From Acidobacteriota bacterium (GTDB taxonomy: Bacteria; Acidobacteriota; UBA890; WLXD01), in NCBI GenBank assembly GCA_965248695.1, contig CBDFKD010000002.1, positions 4,896,001-4,960,000 of the forward strand: DNA of 64,000 bases. Reading direction: 5' to 3'. Both the position numbers and the translations under genes were made by a program. Shown here piece by piece: positions 9,949 to 17,961 of this stretch. Every line of letters begins with the position of its first letter. The first letter of the stretch is position 1. The notes under the pieces are model-generated. The model saw only the letters and a program-made list of their open reading frames with translations. It made no database searches and was not told where the DNA came from.

Positions 9949-10650
9949 ATGGCATCTCCGGCGAACGATCCCGTCGTCGGTGACTGGCCCGGTGAAGCCG
10001 AGACACTCGGCGCCTTCAGCCCCCGGGTGCTGATCGCACCTGTGGGCGCGGCCTACTTACGCTTGGTCCACGCCACCATGCGGTTGACGCGCGAGGGTGC
10101 TGCGCTGGCGCTCCCGAAGGACGGCGGCCCGGTAATCTACTGCTTCTGGCACGAGCAGCTGGCGATGATGCCGTGGGTGCAGTTTCGCCCCCCGACCGCG
10201 GTGCCGGTCTCGCGCTCGCGCGACGGTGAGGTGACCGCCCGTCTGTTCGCCTACCTCGGCGTCAAGCCGGTGCGCGGGTCAACCACCCGCGGCGGCGCTG
10301 CGGCGGCGCGCGGTATGCTCCGTGCGGCGCAGCGGGGGCTCGACCTGGGCATTACCCCAGACGGCCCGCGTGGTCCGGCACGGAAGGTTCAGCAGGGGGC
10401 AACATGGATCGCCAAGGCTACCGGCCGACCGCTGCTGCCGGTGGCGTTCAACTGCTCGCGAAGCCGCCGGCTCCGGAGCTGGGATCGGATGTTGATGCCA
10501 TTGCCGTTTGCCCGCGGAGCGTTCGTCTACGGGCCGCATCTGTGGGTACCGCGCGACGCCGACGAGCCGGCGCTCGCGAGCGCTGACCAGAAGCTGGCCG
10601 AGCAGCTCGCCGAGGTCACCCAGCGGGCTGAAGCGCTGTTCCCCCGCTGA
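9949..10650 (+). CDS. DUF374 / lysophospholipid acyltransferase family protein (LpxJ-like)
   Basis: YCFWHEQ, SRSRDGE, VRGSTTRGG, ITPDGPRGP, SWDRMLMPLPF; lipid A gene context. Confidence 0.8.
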   Translation: MASPANDPVVGDWPGEAETLGAFSPRVLIAPVGAAYLRLVHATMRLTREGAALALPKDGGPVIYCFWHEQLAMMPWVQFRPPTAVPVSRSRDGEVTARLFAYLGVKPVRGSTTRGGAAAARGMLRAAQRGLDLGITPDGPRGPARKVQQGATWIAKATGRPLLPVAFNCSRSRRLRSWDRMLMPLPFARGAFVYGPHLWVPRDADEPALASADQKLAEQLAEVTQRAEALFPR

Positions 10651-10670
10651 CTTGCCGCAGCGCCGGTCAA

Positions 10671-11633
10671 CTATCGGCAGCACGCGTAGGTGGCCTCTAG
10701 CGCGAAGCGTGCCGCCAGCAGGGCGCCACGGTGGCCCTCGTCGTAGCGCGGCGACAGGCAGCACAGATCGAAGCCCGCCAATGGCCGGGCTGCGGTAGCG
10801 GCGCGCATGAGCGCGAGAATTTCGCGCGGCGCGAGGCCTGCGGCGTCGGGGTACTTTTGCGCCGGGCAGAAGCCCGGGTCGACCACGTCGATATCGAGCG
10901 ATATGTAGACCGCGTCGGCCTGCTGCAGCCGTTCGGTGATCTCGGCTCCGACGGTGGCGAGGTCGCGATCGTCGATCTCCTGCAAAGGCACGATGTGAAC
11001 CCCGTGCTGCCGCGCATAGTCGATCTCGGCCGGCGAGTGTCGTACCCCGCGGGGCCCGACGATGGTGAGGTCCGTGGCCAGCAGGTATTCCTCCTCGATC
11101 AGCGTCCGCCACTGGGAGCCGGCCCACAGTGGGGGAGCGGCGTGCAAGTCGAGATGCGAGTCGAAGACGACGACTGCAAGACGCCGCCGACATCCACGCT
11201 GGAGGCCGCGGATCAACGGAAGCGGCACCAGATGATCGCCACCGATGGCCACCGTCACGCCGCCTGTCGCCGCGACTGCGCTTGCCAGCTCTTCGCTTGC
11301 ATCGAGCGAGTGGTTGCCAGCGTCGACGAGCCGCAGCCGGTCAGACAGGCGGACGAAATCGAGCTCGGCGGCGACCCCGCCATCGTGCTCGAGCGAGTAG
11401 ATGACGCTCGCTTTCCGCACCGCGTCCGGAGCTTCGTCGGCGCCGCGGCGAGCGTAGAACGTCTCGGTCGGCAGGGTTCCCGGCGGATAGAGCGTATGTC
11501 GGTCGCCGACGAGGACACCCTCGTACGGCACACCCAGGAGCACGACACCGGATAGATCGTCGCCAGCGGCCGGCGCTTCGAACAGGGTCGGGACGTCGCC
11601 CTGAAGCATCGGTGCCAGGCGGCGCTCACTCAT
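10671..11633 (-). CDS. Arginase/agmatinase (ureohydrolase) family protein with atypical active site
   Basis: GVPYE, GGDH, DSHLD, SLDIDVVDP metal-binding motifs; start placed at MSERR (ATG 11633). Confidence 0.82.
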   Translation of the reverse strand: MSERRLAPMLQGDVPTLFEAPAAGDDLSGVVLLGVPYEGVLVGDRHTLYPPGTLPTETFYARRGADEAPDAVRKASVIYSLEHDGGVAAELDFVRLSDRLRLVDAGNHSLDASEELASAVAATGGVTVAIGGDHLVPLPLIRGLQRGCRRRLAVVVFDSHLDLHAAPPLWAGSQWRTLIEEEYLLATDLTIVGPRGVRHSPAEIDYARQHGVHIVPLQEIDDRDLATVGAEITERLQQADAVYISLDIDVVDPGFCPAQKYPDAAGLAPREILALMRAATAARPLAGFDLCCLSPRYDEGHRGALLAARFALEATYACCR

Positions 11634-11685
11634 CTCGGTCGCTCCTTGTCCCGCTCGTCGTCCAAAAGGACCGAGCTTTGGAGGT

Positions 11686-12477
11686 TCACATTCCCGGTGG
11701 CGAGAACCGCCCGTCGATAGCGGTCCAGCCGCCGTCGACGAACAGAACCGTACCGGTAACGTAGCTCGCAGCGTCGGAGGCAAGGAAGACCGCCGGGCCG
11801 GCCATCTCGTCGACCCGCGCCCATCGACCGAGAGCGTTCCGGTCGGCGTAGGCGCCATACCAGGCAGCATTGCTCTTGATCGGTTCGGTCAACGGGGTGT
11901 CGACGACGCCCGGCGCGATGGCATTGACTCGTACGCCGACGGGGCCGAGCTCTGCCGCCAGGGCGCGGACCAGCTGCACGATGCCGGCCTTGGTGGCTGC
12001 GTAGACGCCCTGGCCGGGCTCGACCACTACGGACCGTATGGAGGAATACGCGATGATGCTGCCGCTGCGCTGTCGCGCCATGATTCGGCCGGCGGCCTGG
12101 AGCACATGGAATGTGCCCTTGATGTTGACGTCAAGCACCCGGTCCAGCTCTTCGGGGGCGTAGTCGAGCACCGTCTTGCGGACGTTGACGCCGGGCGTGG
12201 AAACGACCACGTCGACGCGGTCGTGTTGCTCGGCAACCCGCCCCAGGGCACTGCCCACCGCTGCGCTGTCGCGAATGTCCAGGACGGAGCTGCCGGCATT
12301 GCCTCCTGCGTCGCAGATGGATTCAGCTACCTCAGTGGCGGCATCCCCGTTGATATCCAGACAGATTACGTGCGCCCCGGTTGCCCCGAACCCACGTGCC
12401 ACCGCCGCGCCGATTCCCGAGGCGGCGCCGCACACCACCGCCACTCGTTCGTCCAAGCGAAAGCTCGTGTCCCGCAT
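11686..12477 (-). CDS. Classical short-chain dehydrogenase/reductase (SDR)
   Basis: GAASGIG Rossmann motif, YAATK catalytic motif, RVNAIAPG, VDGG; AGGGAG SD before ATG 12477. Confidence 0.9.
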   Translation of the reverse strand: MRDTSFRLDERVAVVCGAASGIGAAVARGFGATGAHVICLDINGDAATEVAESICDAGGNAGSSVLDIRDSAAVGSALGRVAEQHDRVDVVVSTPGVNVRKTVLDYAPEELDRVLDVNIKGTFHVLQAAGRIMARQRSGSIIAYSSIRSVVVEPGQGVYAATKAGIVQLVRALAAELGPVGVRVNAIAPGVVDTPLTEPIKSNAAWYGAYADRNALGRWARVDEMAGPAVFLASDAASYVTGTVLFVDGGWTAIDGRFSPPGM

Positions 12478-12560
12478 GTCGGGGCTCCCTCTGTAGTGAG
12501 CAGACAGTATGTTAGGGCAGACAGCGCTGCAGGAACGCTCCGGAACGGGACAACTTATCA

Positions 12561-13826
12561 ATGGCGGATGTGCGCCAGCGCGTGCTACGCGAGATCGAAG
12601 CGGCAGCCGACGAGATCATCACCCTGGCTGCCGACCTCGTTCGGATCCCTACCGTCAACCCGCCCGGCGAAGAGTACCGTGCGGCAGCGGAGCTCATCGG
12701 CGAGGTGCTGGGTTGCGGCCAGATGGAGGTCGAATTCCACCCGGCGCCCGAGCGGCCGGAACACTCGGCCTTTCCGCGCCTGAATGTTGTCGGATCGCTG
12801 GAGGGGACCGCGCCGGGCCCGTGCGTGCACTTCAACGGGCATTTCGACGTGGTGCCACCAGGAGAGGGCTGGACGGTCGATCCGTTCGGCGGAGTGGTCG
12901 ACGCCGGACGATTGCACGGGCGGGGCAGCGCCGACATGAAAGCGGGATTGGCGGCGGCGATCTTCGCGGTAGAAGCGATCCGTCGAGCCGGTGTGGATCG
13001 TCCTGGGCGACTGGAGGTCAGCGGCACCGTGGACGAGGAGAGCGGTGGCCAAGCCGGCGTCGCGCACCTCGCACAGATCGGTCGTATCGCTGTCGGCCGA
13101 ACGGATCACGTCGTCATCCCCGAACCCTTCGGGGTCGATCGGATCTGCCTGGGGCATCGCGGCGTGTATTGGTTTCGGGTTACTGCCCATGGCGTGATGG
13201 CGCATGGCTCGATGCCGCACCTGGGAGTCAATGCCATCGACCGCCTGCAGCCTTTTCTCGAGGCCGTGCGCACTCGGCTTGCGCCAGCGCTCAGCGCCCG
13301 GGTGACGGAAATGCCCGTCGTTCCCGAAGGCTCACGCCGCGCCAGCATCAACGTGAACGCCATAGAGGGCGGTCAGGCCGGTGCCGCGGAGCAGACCCCT
13401 TGTGTTCCCGATCGCTGCTCGGCGACCTTCGATCGACGCTTCCTGCCCGAAGAGTCCTTTGACGAGGTCAAGGACGAGATCGTGCAACTGCTGGCCGCCA
13501 TCGATTCCGGCGCCCAGGCGTTCGAGCTCGATGATCTGCTGCTCGTGCAGCCGACATCGACGGCGCCTGATTCGCGCCTCGTGCACTCGTTCGAGTATGC
13601 GATCGGCGAGATCACCGGGCAACCGGCACGGCTCGTGGCGAGCCCGGGGACGTACGATCACAAGCATGTGGCGCGCCTGGCCGGCGTCGAGAGCTGTGTC
13701 GCTTATGGGCCCGGCGAGCTCGAACAGGCGCACCAGGTGGACGAGTCGTGCGCCGTCGAGGACATCACTACGTCGACACGAGTGATGGCGATGGCCGTTC
13801 TCCACCTGTGGGAACTATCGGGCTGA
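12561..13826 (+). CDS. M20 family metallo-amidohydrolase (ArgE/DapE-like)
   Basis: HFNGHFDVV, GRGSADMK, DEE, AHGSMP, C-terminal QAH metal ligands. Confidence 0.88.
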   Translation: MADVRQRVLREIEAAADEIITLAADLVRIPTVNPPGEEYRAAAELIGEVLGCGQMEVEFHPAPERPEHSAFPRLNVVGSLEGTAPGPCVHFNGHFDVVPPGEGWTVDPFGGVVDAGRLHGRGSADMKAGLAAAIFAVEAIRRAGVDRPGRLEVSGTVDEESGGQAGVAHLAQIGRIAVGRTDHVVIPEPFGVDRICLGHRGVYWFRVTAHGVMAHGSMPHLGVNAIDRLQPFLEAVRTRLAPALSARVTEMPVVPEGSRRASINVNAIEGGQAGAAEQTPCVPDRCSATFDRRFLPEESFDEVKDEIVQLLAAIDSGAQAFELDDLLLVQPTSTAPDSRLVHSFEYAIGEITGQPARLVASPGTYDHKHVARLAGVESCVAYGPGELEQAHQVDESCAVEDITTSTRVMAMAVLHLWELSG

Positions 13827-13907
13827 GCCGCGGCGGGGACCGCGCCGCAGGGGGCAGCGGCAGGGCCCCGACCTGCTCGTGTCCTTGTTCTGACTTTCAC
13901 AACGGCC

Positions 13908-13916
13908 TGCTAGGAT
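13908..13916 (+). promoter_or_regulatory. Putative extended -10 promoter (TGcTAGGAT)
   Basis: TGnTAnnnT match 50 nt upstream of ATG 13966. Confidence 0.4.
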
Positions 13917-13965
13917 GCAGCCGAGTTTGCTGATCGCGTTCGAAACATGGGGCTGGAGGCCACTG

Positions 13966-15882
13966 ATGCTGAGACGAGTGTTGTTGACAGGTGCCGTGGT
14001 CGCGGTCGTGGCCGTGACCGGCCTGGCGCTACAGACCCTCCCGGCGCCTGCCTGGGCGCAGCAACAGCCCGAAGCGATCGCCTCCTCCGCCAGCATGGTC
14101 TCGCCCTTCGAGGGGCGATGTGCCTCCTGTCACGACAACCGAAGTCCGGACAGCATGGCACCGAGTCGCCAGACACTTCGCCAGCTGGAACCGGAGCGCG
14201 TGCTCGCCGCGTTGACGACCGGCCCGATGGTGGAGTTCGCCGAGGGCTTCAGCGAGGCTCAGCTAAGGGCAATGGCGGAGCTGGTGACCGGCAAGCCGTT
14301 CGGCGGCAGCGCCGACCGCACAGCGGCGGCGATGAGCAACCCTTGCGCCAGCCCGCTGGCGTTGAACGATCCGTTCGAGCAGCCCGGCTGGAACGGTTGG
14401 AGTCCTGATCCGACGAAATCGCATCGTTACCAGTCACAGGAGGCCGGCGGGTTGACCGCCGCGCAGATGTCGCAGCTGAAGCTCAAGTGGGCGTTCGCGA
14501 TTCCGGGTGCAGCGTCCGCCGCGTGGACGCAGCCGACGGTCGTCGGCGGCGCGTTGTTCATTGGCAGCGACAACAACTTCGTGTACGCCATCGACGCCAA
14601 GACGGGCTGTGTGCACTGGTCCTACGAAGCTCCGGGGCAGGTCCGTACGGCAGTCATCATCGGTGAGATCACCGAGATACCGGGCGTTGACTACGCCGCC
14701 TACTTCGGCGATTACATGGGGTACGTAACGGCGGTCAACGCCGAGACCGGCGAGGAGCTCTGGTCGATGCTCCCCGATGACCACCAGGCGGCCAAGATCA
14801 CCGGCCCGCCAACCCTCGATCCGTCTCCCGGCGGCCATTTGTACGTTGGCGTCTCGTCGTGGGAGCAGATCCCAGGCCGGCAGCTGACCTACGAGTGCTG
14901 CAAGTTCCAGGGCAGCGTAGCGGCGATCAACGTCAACACCGGGGAGGCGGTGTGGAAGACCTTCACCATGACCGAACGTCCTCGACCGCTGCGACGGAAC
15001 TCGGCGGGGACGCAACTGTACGGGCCGGCCGGTGCCGCGGTATGGAACGCGCCGACGATCGATCTCAAGCTGCGGCGGATCTACGCCACTGCCGGAACCT
15101 GCTACATCTCGGAGTTCTTCGAGGAGAAGGTCGGGTTTGACGGCGGTGCTTGTGTCTCGATCATGGCATTCGACATGGACACCGGTGCGCGGGAATGGTC
15201 GACCCAGCTGGTGCCGATGGATCGGCACGGGGGCGGCTGCGGCCGGACACCAGAAGAGATGCGACTCAATTGCCCGGGCTACGTGAACGACCCTGACGAC
15301 GATCCGTCGGGGGCTCCGGTTCTGATTACAGCTGCTGACGGCCGCCGCATGATTATCACCGGCCAGGAGAGCGGACGGACGACGGCGCTCGATCCCGACA
15401 ACAACGGGTCGATCCTCTGGGTGTCGCAGGCCGGGGATCGGCTGGCGGCAGCCAACGGCGGCTTCGGCGGCGCATTCGACGGTGAGTACTACTTCAAGCC
15501 GCTGCCATTCCGCGACGGGACCGGCAGCATCGCAGCGATCCGCCCGACGGACGGCTCCCGCGCCTGGTACACGGAGCTCGAGAAGCCGACGGACTGCGTC
15601 GATCCGGAAGCGCGCCAGTGCTCCTCGGCCAACTGGTCGTCGGCCAGCGCCATCCCTGGCGCCGTGCTCACCGGATCCTGGAACGGCGTGATGCGCTCGT
15701 ACTCCGCCGAGGACGGCACCATCCGCTGCGTGGGGTACTCCCACACGGGGTCCCCGGTTTCGGCGGTGGAATCGGTGGCAGCGCGCCAACGGATCGTCGA
15801 CGGAATGATGTTCATCGGCTCCGGCTATGCGATTCTCGGTGGCGCGCCGGGGAATGTACTGCTGGCCTTCGGCCTGGACTAG
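13966..15882 (+). CDS. Secreted quinohemoprotein dehydrogenase (N-terminal cytochrome c + PQQ beta-propeller; polyvinyl-alcohol dehydrogenase-like)
   Basis: GGAGG SD, signal peptide, CASCH heme motif, repeated A-x-D-x-x-TG-x-x-x-W propeller motifs, LKLKWAF, vicinal CCKFQG, GPAGAAVW. Confidence 0.82.
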   Translation: MLRRVLLTGAVVAVVAVTGLALQTLPAPAWAQQQPEAIASSASMVSPFEGRCASCHDNRSPDSMAPSRQTLRQLEPERVLAALTTGPMVEFAEGFSEAQLRAMAELVTGKPFGGSADRTAAAMSNPCASPLALNDPFEQPGWNGWSPDPTKSHRYQSQEAGGLTAAQMSQLKLKWAFAIPGAASAAWTQPTVVGGALFIGSDNNFVYAIDAKTGCVHWSYEAPGQVRTAVIIGEITEIPGVDYAAYFGDYMGYVTAVNAETGEELWSMLPDDHQAAKITGPPTLDPSPGGHLYVGVSSWEQIPGRQLTYECCKFQGSVAAINVNTGEAVWKTFTMTERPRPLRRNSAGTQLYGPAGAAVWNAPTIDLKLRRIYATAGTCYISEFFEEKVGFDGGACVSIMAFDMDTGAREWSTQLVPMDRHGGGCGRTPEEMRLNCPGYVNDPDDDPSGAPVLITAADGRRMIITGQESGRTTALDPDNNGSILWVSQAGDRLAAANGGFGGAFDGEYYFKPLPFRDGTGSIAAIRPTDGSRAWYTELEKPTDCVDPEARQCSSANWSSASAIPGAVLTGSWNGVMRSYSAEDGTIRCVGYSHTGSPVSAVESVAARQRIVDGMMFIGSGYAILGGAPGNVLLAFGLD

Positions 15883-15918
15883 AGAGGAGGGCCAACGCCG
15901 CAGATGGCCCCAAATCGC

Positions 15919-15946
15919 CGCAACCCTGTGGGCGACAGGGGTTGCG
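15919..15946. terminator. GC-rich hairpin downstream of the PQQ dehydrogenase gene
   Basis: CGCAACCCTGT-gggcg-ACAGGGGTTGCG inverted repeat with one bulged G; no U-tract. Confidence 0.4.
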
Positions 15947-15983
15947 CGCGTATGCCGCGTCGTTCGTCGGCAACGATGGGGTA

Positions 15984-16027
15984 ACCACCACCACCACCTC
16001 CTCCTCCTCTCTCCTTACCTCCACCTC
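15984..16027. repeat. G-free low-complexity tract: ACC repeats then TCC/CT repeats
   Basis: accaccaccaccacctcctcctcctctctccttacctccacctc, 44 nt without G on the + strand. Confidence 0.7.
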
Positions 16028-16120
16028 GCAAGACCCTGTCGCCAGGCCCGCCACACTTCCACCACGGCCTGCTAGCCGCGGCCGAGCTCGGGGCGCCGAC
16101 CGAAAGGCCGGCGGCGCCCC

Positions 16121-16129
16121 TGCTAACAT
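16121..16129 (+). promoter_or_regulatory. Extended -10 promoter (TGcTAACAT), probably giving a leaderless yicC transcript
   Basis: The hexamer ends 8 nt before ATG 16138 and no SD is present. Confidence 0.55.
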
Positions 16130-16137
16130 GGCCCGCC

Positions 16138-17016
16138 ATGGTTCGAAGCATGAGCGGGCACGGACGCGGCGAAGCATCATCGGAGAGTCTGCGACTCACC
16201 GTGGAGGTGCGTGCCGTCAACCACAGGTACTGTCGTGTTTCGCTGCGCCTTCCTGCGGTGCTCGCGACGCTCGAGGAGCCCGTTCGCCGGCGCGTTCTTC
16301 ATCGGGTACAGCGGGGCAAGGTCGATCTGACAGCCACCGTCGACGGCGTCGGCAGCGGCGGGCCACGGATTCGGCGCAAGGCGCTACGCCACTGGGTGGC
16401 GGAGCTGCAGCAGGCGGCTGAAGAGCTCGATGCGCCATTGGCTCCAGATCTGCAGACGTTGCTGGGCTTGCCGGGCGTCATCGCGGATGACGCCGGTGCT
16501 GCGGACGAGGAGGAATTGCGGCGGTTGACGGACGAGGCCGTGGGCCAGGCGCTCGAGGCGTTGACCGACATGCGCAGTCGCGAGGGCGAGGATCTTGCCA
16601 AGGATCTGAGCGCTCGAACGGCGACCCTTGCGGCAGGCGTGGAGGCGATCGCAGCGGCCGCGGCGGAGCTGCCGGCCCGTATTCGCACGCAGCTCGGCGA
16701 GCGTATTCAGGAGTTGCTCGTGGACACGGGCTCGATCGTCGACGAGGACCGCATCGTTCAGGAGGCGGCGTACCATGCAGAGCGTGCCGATGTCACCGAG
16801 GAGGTCGTGCGGCTCCGCTCGCACCTGAAGAAGATCGAGGATCTGCTGCGCAGCGACGAGGCGGTGGGACGCACACTGGATTTCGTCGTTCAGGAAGTTC
16901 ACCGTGAGCTCAACACGGTCGCGTCCAAGGCCAAGGACCTGGTCGTCGCCGACACCGTCGTGGAGCTCAAGGCCGAGCTGGAGCGTATCCGCGAGCAGGT
17001 TCAGAACATTGAGTGA
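16138..17016 (+). CDS. yicC: YicC/YloC family endoribonuclease
   Basis: MVRSMSGHGR, EVRAVNHRY, DVTEEVVRL, GRTLDFVVQE, REQVQNIE; precedes gmk-rpoZ. Confidence 0.92.
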   Translation: MVRSMSGHGRGEASSESLRLTVEVRAVNHRYCRVSLRLPAVLATLEEPVRRRVLHRVQRGKVDLTATVDGVGSGGPRIRRKALRHWVAELQQAAEELDAPLAPDLQTLLGLPGVIADDAGAADEEELRRLTDEAVGQALEALTDMRSREGEDLAKDLSARTATLAAGVEAIAAAAAELPARIRTQLGERIQELLVDTGSIVDEDRIVQEAAYHAERADVTEEVVRLRSHLKKIEDLLRSDEAVGRTLDFVVQEVHRELNTVASKAKDLVVADTVVELKAELERIREQVQNIE

Positions 17017-17650
17017 GGACGCGACCGTCTGCTTCGTAGTGTCGGCGCCGTCCGGTGCCGGCAAGACTTCGCTGGCGGCGGCGGTACTCGACCGTGTGGA
17101 GCGGCTGACACGGACGATCTCGGCCACCACCCGAGCTCCGCGTCCAGATGAGCACGACGGCCGCGACTACCATTTCGTCGACGCGCACGAGTTCCGTCGG
17201 CGTCGAGAGGCCGGAGCTTTCCTCGAGTGGGCGCAGGTGCACGGGCACAGCTACGGCACGCCGCTGGACGAGATCGACCGCATCCACAGCCAAGGTCACG
17301 ACGCGGTGCTGGTGATCGATGTGCAGGGGGCGGCGTCGGTGCGCCAGGCGCTGGATACTGCGGTGACGATCTTCGTGCTACCACCGTCGCGGCGGGCCCT
17401 CGAGCGGCGCCTGCGCCGTCGCGATGGCACCGAGGCGGTGCGCGAGGCGGACCAGGCGGCACGCCTGGCGGTGGCGGCGCACGAAATCGAACAGTATGTG
17501 AGCTACGATTACGTCATCGTCAACGACGACTTTGAAACTGCCGTTGCCGAGATCGAAGGGATCGTGCGGGCTGAGCGCAGCCGCCTATCGCGACGAGCCG
17601 GGGAGGCGGAAGCTATCCTCGCCTCGTTCGGAGACTCGGCACAAGACTAG
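17009..17650 (+). CDS. gmk: Guanylate kinase
   Basis: SAPSGAGKT P-loop, SATTRAPR, DYHFV, YGT, IDVQGA; TTG start at 17009. Confidence 0.95.
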   Translation: MSEDATVCFVVSAPSGAGKTSLAAAVLDRVERLTRTISATTRAPRPDEHDGRDYHFVDAHEFRRRREAGAFLEWAQVHGHSYGTPLDEIDRIHSQGHDAVLVIDVQGAASVRQALDTAVTIFVLPPSRRALERRLRRRDGTEAVREADQAARLAVAAHEIEQYVSYDYVIVNDDFETAVAEIEGIVRAERSRLSRRAGEAEAILASFGDSAQD

Positions 17651-17685
17651 CCCGCTAACGGGTCGAACGCTTTGGGGTACCCAGC

Positions 17686-17925
17686 ATGAGCAAGCCAAGC
17701 AGCGAATATCTCTTCGTCGAAGTAGCCGCCAAGCGCTGCTTGCAGCTCATGCGCGGGGCGCGACCCAAGCTCGACAGCGGAGCCCGCAAGTACACGACGC
17801 TGGCGATTCAGGAGGTCAGCGCCGGAGAGGTTCCATGGGAGTTACGCGATCTCGAGGCCAACGACCTCGTGGCGGCGGGACTGCACGAGGCCGTCAAGGA
17901 CGGCGAAGACGCCGGGGGGGGGTAG
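17686..17925 (+). CDS. rpoZ: RNA polymerase omega subunit
   Basis: YLFVEVAAKRCLQL...LAIQEV; canonical gmk-rpoZ-coaBC synteny. Confidence 0.85.
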   Translation: MSKPSSEYLFVEVAAKRCLQLMRGARPKLDSGARKYTTLAIQEVSAGEVPWELRDLEANDLVAAGLHEAVKDGEDAGGG

Positions 17926-17961
17926 CAGGCCTCGTCGGCTGCCCCGCCTGCGCCGGACGCA

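Noticed and set aside
10651-16137. Catabolic insert as a mobile element or genomic island
   Set aside because: No integrase, transposase, tRNA or flanking direct repeats seen, and no obvious compositional shift by eye.
15618-16421. 267-aa plus-strand ORF and the minus-strand ORFs 15812-16180 and 15879-16220 as real genes
   Set aside because: They overlap two real genes and translate the low-complexity tract into poly-T/S, poly-E/V or poly-G. Only the short 15744-15791 part is meaningful, as a frameshifted piece of the PQQ gene.
17914-17922. G9 tract at the end of rpoZ as a phase-variation switch
   Set aside because: It lies in the last three codons, so slippage would only alter a dispensable tail; may also be a homopolymer call issue.
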